Assembly: GCA_044221725.1 (NCBI GenBank)
Contig: JBGAON010000005.1
Coordinates: 1 to 64,000 of the forward strand
DNA: 64,000 bases
Source of the DNA: Elusimicrobiota bacterium
GTDB taxonomy: Bacteria > Elusimicrobiota > Elusimicrobia > F11
Reading direction: 5' to 3'
A model generated the notes under the pieces. It was not told the origin of the DNA and did not search any database. It saw nothing but the letters and a program-made list of their open reading frames with translations. The number at the start of each line of letters is the position of its first letter. Positions within the stretch are counted from its first letter, which is position 1. Shown here one piece after another: positions 39,493 through 49,809 of this stretch. The translations under genes were made by a program, and so were the position numbers.

Positions 39493-40485
39493 GTGTCGGC
39501 GAAACGAATCGTTGTTCGAATATTGTTGGTTGCTCTCATAGCAGCGGCCGGTTTTTATCACTGGAGGATGCGACATGTTCCTTTGGCGCCCGGTTTAATT
39601 TCGGTCGATGACAACCAGCGGAACATGGCACTCGCAAAAATTCCGAAGCTAAGCGACAGCGAACGGGCAAAAACAATTTCTGACCTTCTCTCCGAATCAA
39701 AAGGCGTGCGTGACTCTCGATCAAAGCGCTGCATGCTATTCGCCCTTCGGAAACTGGGAGCTTCCCAGCCGGAAGTGCTTGCGCTGAATCTTCAAGCGTT
39801 GTCCGACCCGGACAAGTCGGTTCGCGATGAGGCCGCGGTTTCACTTGGCGAATTTGGGGACGCGGCGATTCCCGAGCTTTTCAAGATGTTGCCGACGTCG
39901 CACGGGGAACTGCAAGATCAACTCGTTCTTATTATTGAACGGTTCAAAGAGAAAGCGACGCCAGGTTGGCAAAAAACGCTGGCGTCGAATGATCCGATGC
40001 TTCGATTGTATGCCGCCGAAGCGTTACATGCGCGCGGCGTGCTTACCGGTTCCATGACGCCGGTTTTGACCAAAGATATGTTAAGCACAAAAGACGATTT
40101 TCGGGACTCCAAGGCCGTGCGCCCTCGGTTGGCGCATTTGCTCGAAAAAATTGATCCGCGTCGCCGCGAGCTTGTGGATCTCGGATTTGATTTGAAACAG
40201 CCGAGGCCCGATATCCGTTACCGCGCCGCTCTGTTTATTTCCGAAATGACGCCGCCCAAAATAGGCGCCGTTGAATCGCTCGCGAACGGATTGAACGATA
40301 AAGATATTAACGTGGCTGCGCGTTGCGCGGTGGGACTCGTGCGAATTGGCCTCGACAAAATAGAACGGCTAAAGAAGACGGTCAAACCAAGGTTGGCCTC
40401 TGTAACAGCGCGAGCAAAGGCCGCAAAAATTGAAGGCTTTGAGGACGCGGTCACGCCCGCCGTGGCGTCTTACTTTAAAAGCTGA
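39493..40485 (+). CDS. Membrane-anchored HEAT-repeat protein
   Basis: N-terminal TM; LSDPDKSVRDEAAVSLG and LNDKDINVAARCAVGL repeats. Confidence 0.75.
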   Translation: MSAKRIVVRILLVALIAAAGFYHWRMRHVPLAPGLISVDDNQRNMALAKIPKLSDSERAKTISDLLSESKGVRDSRSKRCMLFALRKLGASQPEVLALNLQALSDPDKSVRDEAAVSLGEFGDAAIPELFKMLPTSHGELQDQLVLIIERFKEKATPGWQKTLASNDPMLRLYAAEALHARGVLTGSMTPVLTKDMLSTKDDFRDSKAVRPRLAHLLEKIDPRRRELVDLGFDLKQPRPDIRYRAALFISEMTPPKIGAVESLANGLNDKDINVAARCAVGLVRIGLDKIERLKKTVKPRLASVTARAKAAKIEGFEDAVTPAVASYFKS

Positions 40486-43400
40486 AGCGCCAAGTTAACG
40501 TTCGGGTCTTTTTCGAAAGAAATTCGTTTTTTCGCGGTCGCAACAATTTTTTTGCTGCGCGATTGCAAGCACGGCGGAAGATTGGCGACGGCGGAGACGG
40601 CGGTGAGGCGCACAAGCGGATCGTTGTCTTTTAGTCCCACCGTAATTAGTTCTTCCGCTTTTGGCGAAACGGACTGGGTTACCGCTACCATGGCAAGCGC
40701 GCGCGTGCGAATATCCGCATCGTTTTGTGCGCGGGCGAGTGCCGGTAAACTGGCCGGGGCCATTCTTCCGAGGGCGACCGCCGCCGATTCACGCACGCGG
40801 GTGTTCGCGTGCTTAAGCAACGGTTCGATCTTTGCTATGTCGTCTTCGTTCGCGAGTTTTCCAATCCCAATAACGGCGGCGTTAACGGTGGCCGGCCGCG
40901 TGCTTTCCAGCAGACCAACCAGTTGTTCGCGAACGGAAGACTCCATCCCTTCCAGTACCTTTCGTTCATTGTTCACGCGCGCCAAACTATCGGCTCGATC
41001 AGCATAAAGGATTCGTAAATACTCTTTCGCTTCGGGTTCGAGCAGCGCACCAGTGATATCTTCCGGAACGATCGCGAGCATTTGCGTTCGTTTGTCTTGG
41101 TTCAGATCCGTCGCCCCGGCCATTACGCCAACGGAATCGCTAAACCGCATTTGCTGGAGAATCTTGAGCGCCGCTTGTTTCTTGGATTTGTTCTTTACAT
41201 TTTCAAGCGATTCGGCGAGGGCGTCGTATAGTGCACGCGCGCCCGGTTCTCCGCCGGTATCGCGGCTCAACAAGTCCGCCATCGTTCGAATCAGCATCAC
41301 GCGGGTCTCTTCGGTGTTTTTTTCTTGAAGCATCTTCGTCAGGGCGGGGAAAGCGATAGAAGGAGGGCTGCTCCGCAAAAAATTGATTAAAGTCGCTCGG
41401 CGCATCGGCGCTGTTTCCGTTGTTGCTTCGTCTATTAATGCGTTGGCGGTAACCGCTCCGTGGCTTGGAATGGCGACAGCGAGCTGAATCAATTGATCGA
41501 CGGCGGCCGGATCCAAAACTTTTGCGAGCAGCGCTGCTTTCTCGGGGGGCAACATAATCAGCGCGCGCATCGCTTGGCGTGGCGACGCCTTGTCCAAGCT
41601 GAACGCGGCGGCCACATCGACAAGATCATTCACTTCATCGATCGGCGATTTGGAAGAGGCATCCTTTAAATGTTGTTGCAGGTCGACCATTTCGCGTTGC
41701 GTGGCATCTTCTTGCGGCAGCGGCGGCCATTCGGGCGCCTTCAGTCCCAGATTGTCAACGAACGTCACGCCTTGAAACTGATACGTGCCCCACGGTGAGC
41801 GAAGGCGACGGTTCCACGTGTTCGCGTCTTCCTCGGACGGTGGCGAAGAGACCGGCGCTCCCTCGCATTGGAATTGAATGTCGGTGCCCTCGATTAATTG
41901 AATGGAGTACGCGGGTTCATCTCTCACGAAATTGTTTGTGCCGTGGTCGCAGAGTTTCAATTTGTTGCGTTCGCCGCGAATGGCCGAAAATGACAAGCTG
42001 CCAATGGATGCGGTGCCAGAGCCCCATTCCGTTTGCATCTCGTTGTCGTTTCCAAAAATGAGCGCGGAGCCAATCGACCGGTCCCAGCCGTACGCGGGAC
42101 CAACGCCCCAATTAAGAACGCGGTTCTTGTTACCAAGCACATCCAAATGCCCGAACGCGCTGTGCACACCGGAACCAAGGTCGTATCGCCGTGCTTGCAA
42201 CGTGTTGCCGTTGCCTCGCACGCGGAACACACCGAAGCCATGCCAGTAACCAACGCCCTGCGAAAAGTAACTTCCTTTGACGGCGTTGTTGTCGCCTTTA
42301 ACGACCGCCAGTCCCACGCCGCCACCAGCGTACGCGCGTGGACCAAAGCCGACGCCTTGGCAAAGGCTCACCGAGCCGGAGGGCTCACGCGGATCTGGTT
42401 GAACGAGCCCACCTTTAATATCGCCTCCGTCGCCTTCATGAAAAAATATTCCGACGCCGCGCGTGAACGCCGATCCTTGGCCGTTCCGAGTGGCCACATA
42501 CGAAGACTCTTTCGCGTCCCGGTCCACCAATATACCGACACCGAACATTCCCATGCCTTGCACAAATTTCTGTGCCGAAAAGTGCGCCGTCCCGTTCACG
42601 ATCAACGCACCCACACCGGCCAGCCCCAATCCCTGCGAAAACGAACCTGTATGAAATTCCTTTTCTCCGTCTTCGTTCGGACAAACCATAATGCCGATGC
42701 CGAACACTCCGGCGCCAGCGTTTCCGAACAAGTCGGTGTCTCCTTGAACAGAAATTTCAGAACCGAAATCGATCACGATGCGAATCTGTTTCTCGTGCGC
42801 GGTCGCAACCGGTGCTTTGTAAGTGTTTCGTCCGCCAAGATCAATAAGAAGCACCACATTCTTCAATGTTTCGGCGTCGTACGTATCGTCGCCGGTCCCG
42901 CGAATCAGAACATCCCCGTTCGGTGTGGTCCAGCGAAACTGCTGAGAAAAAGGCGCATCGAGGCTTAATTTCGCCTGGGCACGGCCAACGCCTTCAAAAA
43001 TAATTTGTGCGGCGTTATAGAGGTCGCTTTCCGAGAACGTTTTCATTCCTTCGTATTGTTGCTTAATTCTTCGCGCCGAAATTTCTTGCTCCACGGCACC
43101 GGTGTCTGCGTTGGGCCATTCGTTTAATTTCAAAAACTCGGATCGGTTCTTTGCTGGGACCGAATCAACGGCTTTGTTCAGTAACGGTTGCGCGCGCGCA
43201 ATTGCGTTGAGAAGAATACCGATCGGCGCCCGTAATCCATTTGGAATCCCTTCGTTTTTCACCACCGGCGTGTGACTCTCCGGAAATCGCAACGGTTGTC
43301 TCGGACCGTCGAGGATCGACATGGCCACGGTCAGCAGGTCGGTGGGTGTTTCAGAATCCTCAAGCGCGTTGGTCCAATCGGACGCAGTCGTCGGTATGTC

Positions 43401-43682
43401 CAACGGTTTGTTAAAAAAGTTTTCGATGGCGCTAATCGTGTAGGGCAGTGGCCAACCAGCAGAGAGTTTGAAATCAGGCTCGGATAAGCGCACCGATTCA
43501 AACTGCGCGCGAATTTTGTTGATGCTGTTTTGTATCAGCGGGTTGTCGTTTTGGTCTTCGTGGTAGGCAACATCGGATTCAATAGGATCGAGGTCAAAAG
43601 GCGTTGACTTGGAAGTAGTTTGCGAAAACGCCGGCGTCAAAGTGCTTGCGATGAGAATGCCGGCGAGCGCGTTGATTCGCAT
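40470..43682 (-). CDS. Large exported protein with Gly-rich QG-x-G repeats and C-terminal HEAT repeats
   Basis: Signal peptide; repeats SQGLGLAGVG, VQGMGMFGVGILVD, CQGVGFG, SQGVGYWHGFG; HEAT-like VRESAAVALG and DPLVRLTAVSA. Confidence 0.8.
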   Translation of the reverse strand: MRINALAGILIASTLTPAFSQTTSKSTPFDLDPIESDVAYHEDQNDNPLIQNSINKIRAQFESVRLSEPDFKLSAGWPLPYTISAIENFFNKPLDIPTTASDWTNALEDSETPTDLLTVAMSILDGPRQPLRFPESHTPVVKNEGIPNGLRAPIGILLNAIARAQPLLNKAVDSVPAKNRSEFLKLNEWPNADTGAVEQEISARRIKQQYEGMKTFSESDLYNAAQIIFEGVGRAQAKLSLDAPFSQQFRWTTPNGDVLIRGTGDDTYDAETLKNVVLLIDLGGRNTYKAPVATAHEKQIRIVIDFGSEISVQGDTDLFGNAGAGVFGIGIMVCPNEDGEKEFHTGSFSQGLGLAGVGALIVNGTAHFSAQKFVQGMGMFGVGILVDRDAKESSYVATRNGQGSAFTRGVGIFFHEGDGGDIKGGLVQPDPREPSGSVSLCQGVGFGPRAYAGGGVGLAVVKGDNNAVKGSYFSQGVGYWHGFGVFRVRGNGNTLQARRYDLGSGVHSAFGHLDVLGNKNRVLNWGVGPAYGWDRSIGSALIFGNDNEMQTEWGSGTASIGSLSFSAIRGERNKLKLCDHGTNNFVRDEPAYSIQLIEGTDIQFQCEGAPVSSPPSEEDANTWNRRLRSPWGTYQFQGVTFVDNLGLKAPEWPPLPQEDATQREMVDLQQHLKDASSKSPIDEVNDLVDVAAAFSLDKASPRQAMRALIMLPPEKAALLAKVLDPAAVDQLIQLAVAIPSHGAVTANALIDEATTETAPMRRATLINFLRSSPPSIAFPALTKMLQEKNTEETRVMLIRTMADLLSRDTGGEPGARALYDALAESLENVKNKSKKQAALKILQQMRFSDSVGVMAGATDLNQDKRTQMLAIVPEDITGALLEPEAKEYLRILYADRADSLARVNNERKVLEGMESSVREQLVGLLESTRPATVNAAVIGIGKLANEDDIAKIEPLLKHANTRVRESAAVALGRMAPASLPALARAQNDADIRTRALAMVAVTQSVSPKAEELITVGLKDNDPLVRLTAVSAVANLPPCLQSRSKKIVATAKKRISFEKDPNVNLALQLLK

Positions 43683-43703
43683 AAAGCAAAGTATAATGGA
43701 TTT

Positions 43704-45479
43704 ATGCCTGGCTCACCCCAAAAAAATTCCGGCTCCATCTTATTAATTGAGGACGATACGGCTCTTACCAAAAGTATCGGTGAAACACTCACAGATGCTG
43801 GCTATTCGGTGACGCCTGTGACATCGTCCCAAGCGGCGTTTGCGTCGATTTTTAAAACGCCGCCGGATGTGGTTATTCTCGATATCAACCTGCCCGACTT
43901 GGACGGGTTTCATATTGCACGCGAGCTGAAAAGAAACGTGATGTTTCGACAAATCCCAATGATTGTTTTGTCCAACCGCATTGACTTTCTCGACAAGATG
44001 CGAAGTTTGGACGTCATCATGGACGAGTATTTGGTGAAGCCGATCGATGCAAAAGATTTGTTGCTGCGAACGCAGCTCGTTGCTCAGCGTGCTGAAGCAA
44101 ACCTTGATGCCAACCCGCTCACGCATTTGCCGGGCAACCGCGCGATCATGAAAGCGATCACTGAACGCATGGCCGAAGGCAAACCGTTCGCTGTGGGGTA
44201 TGCGGACTTGAACAACTTTAAGGCGTTTAACGACAAATACGGATTCTCAAACGGCGATCTGTTGATTCAGTACACCGCGAAAACACTGATCAGTGTCGTC
44301 GAAAAGTATTCGCCAAACAATAATTTTGTCGGGCATGTCGGCGGCGACGATTTTGTGTTCATTTGCTCGTATGAGAGCGCGAACGACATCTGCCAGGTTA
44401 TCGCGGAACAATTTGATAAAGGAGCGGCGGAATTTTATTCCGAGGAAGACCGGCAGAAAGGTTACATCGTGGTAGAAGACCGTCGCGGCATTGTTTCCCA
44501 GATCCCGCTCGTGTCCATCGCGATTGGTATGGCCTCCGACGAGGGAAAGAAGTTCACGAATTTGGGCCAGGTGAATCACGCGCTGACGCAACTGAAAAAA
44601 TACGCGAAGTCGTTTCATGGTAGTGCGTTCGTGCGCGACCGCCGCAATTTAACCGCGCAGATGGCCGAGTTCACCTGGGGTCCCGGCTCCGCCAATGTTC
44701 CTCCGAAAGTGCTGGATCAAATCACGACTGCGCTCGGAGAGTATTTGCCCAAGCAGCTATCGGACATCATCAAGAATCAATCGATTAGCGTGCTTTTTCA
44801 GCCCATCATCGATATGAAGACCGACGATGTGATTGGTCACGAAAGTTTGGTTCGCGGGCCCGCTGGAACGCCGCTCGAATATCCGGACGCTTTGTTCCAA
44901 ACGGCACGAACATCCAATCAGGTGCTGCCGCTCGACCATCTTTGCATGCGAAAGATTGTGGTGGCGGCATCGCAGCTTCATCGCGGTATGAAACTTTTTA
45001 TCAATGTGTTTCCAGAAACATTCATGGACAAAAATCTTTTGAACCTTGAACTGTTTAAGGGGCTGGAAAAACGCGGCATTGAGACGGTGTTGGAGCTGAC
45101 GGGCGCTCAGCGCGCGAACGATCCGGTGGAAATTTACGCGGAGCTCGCTCGATTCAAAGCGAAAGGTTTTCGGATCTCCGTCGATGCCACATCCGCCGCG
45201 TTCGACGATGGACTACGGTTCCTCACCGAGTTACGCCCACACTATGTGAAACTCAACATGATGCCCTACAAAGACATGGTTAATGATTTTCAAAAGCAAA
45301 CGCAGTTCCTTAAAAACGTCGGCCTTTTGCGACAAACGGGAGCTGTGCTGATCTGCACAAAGCTAGAATCCCGATCCGATAGTTACCTGGCGTTGAAGGC
45401 CGGTGTTCCATTGGGTCAAGGATATTTGTTCGCCCGCCCTTCTCAAGTCCCGCACACACCAGAAAAACCCAGCAAATAA
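43704..45479 (+). CDS. REC-GGDEF-EAL response regulator (EAL degenerate)
   Basis: ILLIEDD/VILDINLP/YLVKP; NPLTHLPGN, DLNNFKAFND, GHVGGDDF; FQPI..HESLVR..GQGYLFARP. Confidence 0.9.
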   Translation: MPGSPQKNSGSILLIEDDTALTKSIGETLTDAGYSVTPVTSSQAAFASIFKTPPDVVILDINLPDLDGFHIARELKRNVMFRQIPMIVLSNRIDFLDKMRSLDVIMDEYLVKPIDAKDLLLRTQLVAQRAEANLDANPLTHLPGNRAIMKAITERMAEGKPFAVGYADLNNFKAFNDKYGFSNGDLLIQYTAKTLISVVEKYSPNNNFVGHVGGDDFVFICSYESANDICQVIAEQFDKGAAEFYSEEDRQKGYIVVEDRRGIVSQIPLVSIAIGMASDEGKKFTNLGQVNHALTQLKKYAKSFHGSAFVRDRRNLTAQMAEFTWGPGSANVPPKVLDQITTALGEYLPKQLSDIIKNQSISVLFQPIIDMKTDDVIGHESLVRGPAGTPLEYPDALFQTARTSNQVLPLDHLCMRKIVVAASQLHRGMKLFINVFPETFMDKNLLNLELFKGLEKRGIETVLELTGAQRANDPVEIYAELARFKAKGFRISVDATSAAFDDGLRFLTELRPHYVKLNMMPYKDMVNDFQKQTQFLKNVGLLRQTGAVLICTKLESRSDSYLALKAGVPLGQGYLFARPSQVPHTPEKPSK

Positions 45480-45495
45480 ACGGAGGATTTTTGTC

Positions 45496-48219
45496 GTGAA
45501 GAAGCATTCCCTGTATCATTTTTCAGATGCGCATGGCTCGTTCCATGTGAACCGGCCGTCGGACCAAGGGGTTCTGTATTTTCCATTGGTCAACGAGCAA
45601 GCGTTTATGTCGGCCATTTCGCCGGATTTGGCCGGCGACATAAAATTGGACCAGCATTCGTTCCTTACCATTCCCGTCGCTTACGAAGATTTGCATCTCA
45701 GTCGCGCCACGCGGAATTTCTGGTTCGGATTTCGCTCGAAAGGCGATCCGGTGTTGTGGTCCGTCGCGGGTCGATCGGTGTGGCAGCGCGTAAACAAAAG
45801 CGATGAGACGTCCGAAATGGAAGCCGGACTTTTATGGCAACGCGTTACGCGGACCAACAAAAAGCTTGGGCTTCACACGCGTGTATTGAGTTTTGTTCCG
45901 GCTGGTAATTTCAATTTTGAAGTGATGCACGTTGAAGTAAAGAATATTTCGAGGAAGCCGATCACGGTGACGGGCACGTCCGCAATTCCGCTGTATGGCC
46001 GTTCGGCCGATAATTTGCGGGACCACCGGCATGTGACATCGCTTTTGCATCGGCTGAAGCGCGAGAAATTCGGCATCAACCTAACGCCGACCATGACGTT
46101 CAACGAGCGGGGACATCTGATCAATTCGACCTCCTATTATGTCATTGGCGTTGATGAGAAAGGCGGCGCGCCCACCGGCATTTTCCCGACAGAAATCTCG
46201 TTCATCGGTGAAGGCGGCGACCTTGAGCGGCCGCTCGCGTTGATGGAAAATCGTGCGCCCCAAACACGTATCAACGAAACGGATCAAGGCAAAGAAGCCA
46301 TCGGCGCGTTGCAATTTCGCTCGGTAACACTAAAGCCCGGCGCTTCGACGACGTACACATTGCTCTTGGGAATTGACCGTCAGCCGACCGATCATGAGCA
46401 ACTGATCCACGATTTTACCGGCCCAGAAAAAGTGCAAGCGCATTGGCTGCGCACCAAACAATTTTGGGACGAGAAACTCTCAACCATCGTTTTTGAAACG
46501 GGGGACCAAGATTTCAATGCATGGGTGCGTTGGGTTCAAGTTCAGCCTGTGTTACGAAAACTTTTTGGATGTTCGTTCTTGCCCGACTTTGACTACGGTC
46601 GTGGCGGCCGCGGCTGGCGCGATTTGTGGCAAGACTGCCTGGCGCTTTTGCTGCAAAGTCCCGAAGAGGTTCGCGACGACATTCTCCACAATTTTGGCGG
46701 CGTCCGCATGGATGGCTCGAACGCGACGATCATTGGGCGAAAGAAAATCGGTGAGAAATGGTTTCCTGAATTTATAGCGGACAGAAACAACATCGCTCGC
46801 ACGTGGATGGATCACGGTGTATGGCCGTTTCTTACCACGTTGCTTTATTTGAACCAAACAGGCGACTGGAATGCGCTGCTCGAGAAAGCGCCGTATTTCC
46901 GAGACGCCCTCACGCACCGTGGAAAGAAAGTGGATCCAAACTGGGCCACCAACAAGAACGCGAAGCCGGTGGCCGGCACGATTCTCGAGCATATGCTCGT
47001 TGAGCTCGTGGTGCAGTTTTTTAATGTTGGCGAACACAACATCATTCGTCTTGAAGACGCCGATTGGAACGATGGATTGGACATGGCGCACCGCCGCGGC
47101 GAAAGCGTGGCGTTCACGAACATGTACGGCGGTAACATGGCCGCGCTCGCGGACCTGCTGGAAATGCTCATGAACAAGCACGCATGGAAAGACGCCGAGA
47201 TCGCCTCGGAGCTGCTTCTGCTGATCGTGGGTTCAAAGAATTCCGTTGATTACAACGACGCATCGGCCAAGCAAAAGCGATTGGCCGAATACTTTGCGGT
47301 CGTGGCGGACGGAATCTCCGGGAAAAAAATTTCTGTTTCGATCGAAGATCTCGTTCGCGATCTGCGCGAAAAAGCGAAATGGATTAAAGATCACGTTAAC
47401 AACGCCGAATGGGTCTCCTACGGAGGAGAAGCGTGGTACAACGGTTACTACGATGACGAAGGGCACCGTGTCGAAGGGAAAAATGGCGACGGGCGGATTC
47501 GCATGACGTTATCGGGGCAGGTGTATCCGATCATGGCCGGCATCGCCGATGACGCGCGGATCAAATCCGTCATTGCGGCTGTGAATAAGCATTTGTTTGA
47601 CGCGAAGCTAAACGGTTTCCGGCTCAACACCGATTTCGGTGCCATTCAACCGACGCTCGGGCGTGCATTCTCTTTTGCGTACGGTGAAAAAGAAAATGGC
47701 GCGGTGTTCAGCCATATGGCGGTGATGTACGCGAACGCGCTTTATCAACGGGATTTTTCTGAGGAAGGGTTCCGGGTTCTCAACTCGTTGTTCGAAATGG
47801 CAAAAAATAGCGCGAGAAGTAGAATTTTTCCGGGACTTCCGGAATACTTTAACAACGAGGGTCGCGGTCGGTACATGTACCTCACGGGTTCGGCCAGCTG
47901 GTACGTTTTGACGTTGTTGACGCAAGCCTTTGGTGTGCGCGGATTAAACGGAGATTTGTTAATTGCTCCAAAGCTCGCGCCCGAACAGTTCGACAAAAAA
48001 GGCCGTGCGTCGGTTGTTGTGCGTTTCGCTGGTTCAGAGGTGCGCGTGAATTTTGTTAATCCGAACCGGGTCGCCGCGAACAGAATTCGGGTCGAAGACG
48101 TGAAAAGCGACCAGGTTGAAGTTTCATATGAACGGATGTCTGAAAAAGAAGTTTTGATTCGACGTGATGTGATTTCGACAAAGAAAAACTGGATTATCGA
48201 GGTAAAACTTGGATCATAG
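45496..48219 (+). CDS. GH94 glycoside phosphorylase (laminaribiose phosphorylase-like)
   Basis: SFLPDFDYGRGGRGWRDLWQD, ADWNDGLD, GEKENGAVFSH, YLTGSASW; GTG start after GGAGG. Confidence 0.88.
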   Translation: MKKHSLYHFSDAHGSFHVNRPSDQGVLYFPLVNEQAFMSAISPDLAGDIKLDQHSFLTIPVAYEDLHLSRATRNFWFGFRSKGDPVLWSVAGRSVWQRVNKSDETSEMEAGLLWQRVTRTNKKLGLHTRVLSFVPAGNFNFEVMHVEVKNISRKPITVTGTSAIPLYGRSADNLRDHRHVTSLLHRLKREKFGINLTPTMTFNERGHLINSTSYYVIGVDEKGGAPTGIFPTEISFIGEGGDLERPLALMENRAPQTRINETDQGKEAIGALQFRSVTLKPGASTTYTLLLGIDRQPTDHEQLIHDFTGPEKVQAHWLRTKQFWDEKLSTIVFETGDQDFNAWVRWVQVQPVLRKLFGCSFLPDFDYGRGGRGWRDLWQDCLALLLQSPEEVRDDILHNFGGVRMDGSNATIIGRKKIGEKWFPEFIADRNNIARTWMDHGVWPFLTTLLYLNQTGDWNALLEKAPYFRDALTHRGKKVDPNWATNKNAKPVAGTILEHMLVELVVQFFNVGEHNIIRLEDADWNDGLDMAHRRGESVAFTNMYGGNMAALADLLEMLMNKHAWKDAEIASELLLLIVGSKNSVDYNDASAKQKRLAEYFAVVADGISGKKISVSIEDLVRDLREKAKWIKDHVNNAEWVSYGGEAWYNGYYDDEGHRVEGKNGDGRIRMTLSGQVYPIMAGIADDARIKSVIAAVNKHLFDAKLNGFRLNTDFGAIQPTLGRAFSFAYGEKENGAVFSHMAVMYANALYQRDFSEEGFRVLNSLFEMAKNSARSRIFPGLPEYFNNEGRGRYMYLTGSASWYVLTLLTQAFGVRGLNGDLLIAPKLAPEQFDKKGRASVVVRFAGSEVRVNFVNPNRVAANRIRVEDVKSDQVEVSYERMSEKEVLIRRDVISTKKNWIIEVKLGS

Positions 48220-48222
48220 CGT

Positions 48223-48732
48223 ATGATCGCTCCGGCTTTCCCACGATGGGTTCGTAAATTTTTTAAAAACGAACAACATTCGGAAGCCATCGATTTTTTC
48301 CGGAATGTTCCGTTGTTTCACGGGCTTTCCACCCGCCAGTTGGGCCGCATAATGTTGGCCATGCAACCCCGCGAATATCACGCCGGTGAACAGCTGTTTG
48401 AAGAAGGCCAGGCCGGCAAGGCTGTTTTCATCATCAAATCCGGCAAAGTTGAACTTACACGTCTCGCCAATGGACAGCCGCGTGTTCTCGGAGTTTTGGG
48501 AACGGGCCAAATGTTCGGGGAAATGGCGCTCTTGGAGCAAATGAAACGCACCGCGACGGCCACGATTGTCGAAGACGGCACCGTGTTCTTGCTTTACACG
48601 GCAACGCTTGATGCGTTGATGCGCGACCAGCCCGAAATTGGAGTCAAAATTCTCCGCAACATGGCCATTATGCTGTCGGCGCTTTTGCGCCGCACGAATC
48701 AAGAACTGGATCGCCGCATGAAGGCGGCGTAG
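48223..48732 (+). CDS. Stand-alone cyclic-nucleotide-binding domain protein
   Basis: VPLFHGL, LFEEGQAG, FGEMALL..KRTATA; no HTH. Confidence 0.88.
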   Translation: MIAPAFPRWVRKFFKNEQHSEAIDFFRNVPLFHGLSTRQLGRIMLAMQPREYHAGEQLFEEGQAGKAVFIIKSGKVELTRLANGQPRVLGVLGTGQMFGEMALLEQMKRTATATIVEDGTVFLLYTATLDALMRDQPEIGVKILRNMAIMLSALLRRTNQELDRRMKAA

Positions 48733-49799
48733 TGAGAGAAGTTCGAATCGGTCGCGGGATTTTCTTTGCTGTGGCGTTGGCGCTCACGTTTTATTTGCTC
48801 GCTCGCGTGTGGAATGTGCTTATCCCTTTTGTGTTGGGGTTGGTCGCCGCTTACATGGTTCAACCACTGGTTGACCGTTTTGTGTCGCTTGGACTTCGCC
48901 GAGACCGAACGGTGCTGGTTCTCTATGTTTCACTGCTCGCCGCCGTGATCGGCGCGGGTTGTTTCCTGATCCCGAATTTGATTCGTGAGGCGAACGCGTC
49001 GCTCCAGTCGCTACCGGAATATGCCGCCCGGTTTAACACGATAAACGACAAGGCAAGCGCTGCGATAAACAAAACTTTCGTGCATCTTTTGGGCAAGAAA
49101 GCGCATCCTATGAGCCTTCCATTTCATGCTGACGCGCTGGCCGAACGCTTTGTGACCTCCTTGCCGGAAAATATTTCGAGTGTTGCGCATTTCGGGCTGT
49201 GGATCTTCATAATTCCATTCGTATGTTATTTCGCGCTCGCGAACGGAAAAGAATGGATGAACACGCTGTTCAACCTAACGCCGAGCGATCATGTGGAAAA
49301 TTTGCTGGGAGTTGTCGCCGAAGTAAACGCCACATTGGGCGCTTATATTCGCGGGCAGTTGTTGGATGCGATGTGTGTGGGCCTTCTTACAATGGCCGGG
49401 TTGTGGGCTATCGGTTTCGATCAGGCCATTTTGTTTGGGATTCTCTGCGGATTCCTAAACCCCATTCCGTTTCTTGCTCCGATTGTGGGCGGGTCGCTCG
49501 CGCTCCTCATGGCCTATTTCCAAGGGATGCCGGCGTCGTCGATCGTCGGGATCTTTTTTCTTTTCATCATCGTTAGATTGTGCGACGACTTTATTTTTGT
49601 GCCGTTTATCGTTGGGCAGAGCGTGAAATTGCATCCCGTTATCATCATGTTTGCGATTCTCGCAGGAGTGGAGCTTGGTGGCTTTCTCGGCCTGGTGTTT
49701 GCGATTCCGGTTACCGCCGTCCTTAAAGTGGTCCTGTCGATATTGCTGAAAGATCGACGAAAGAATATATTTCTCGTTCAACATCACATCGCTTCTTAG
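48732..49799 (+). CDS. AI-2E (PerM) family transporter
   Basis: AYMVQPLV, YIRGQL, NPIPFLAP, P.IVGQSVKLHP...GFLGLVFAIP. Confidence 0.9.
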   Translation: MREVRIGRGIFFAVALALTFYLLARVWNVLIPFVLGLVAAYMVQPLVDRFVSLGLRRDRTVLVLYVSLLAAVIGAGCFLIPNLIREANASLQSLPEYAARFNTINDKASAAINKTFVHLLGKKAHPMSLPFHADALAERFVTSLPENISSVAHFGLWIFIIPFVCYFALANGKEWMNTLFNLTPSDHVENLLGVVAEVNATLGAYIRGQLLDAMCVGLLTMAGLWAIGFDQAILFGILCGFLNPIPFLAPIVGGSLALLMAYFQGMPASSIVGIFFLFIIVRLCDDFIFVPFIVGQSVKLHPVIIMFAILAGVELGGFLGLVFAIPVTAVLKVVLSILLKDRRKNIFLVQHHIAS

Positions 49800-49809
49800 C
49801 GACACGAAA

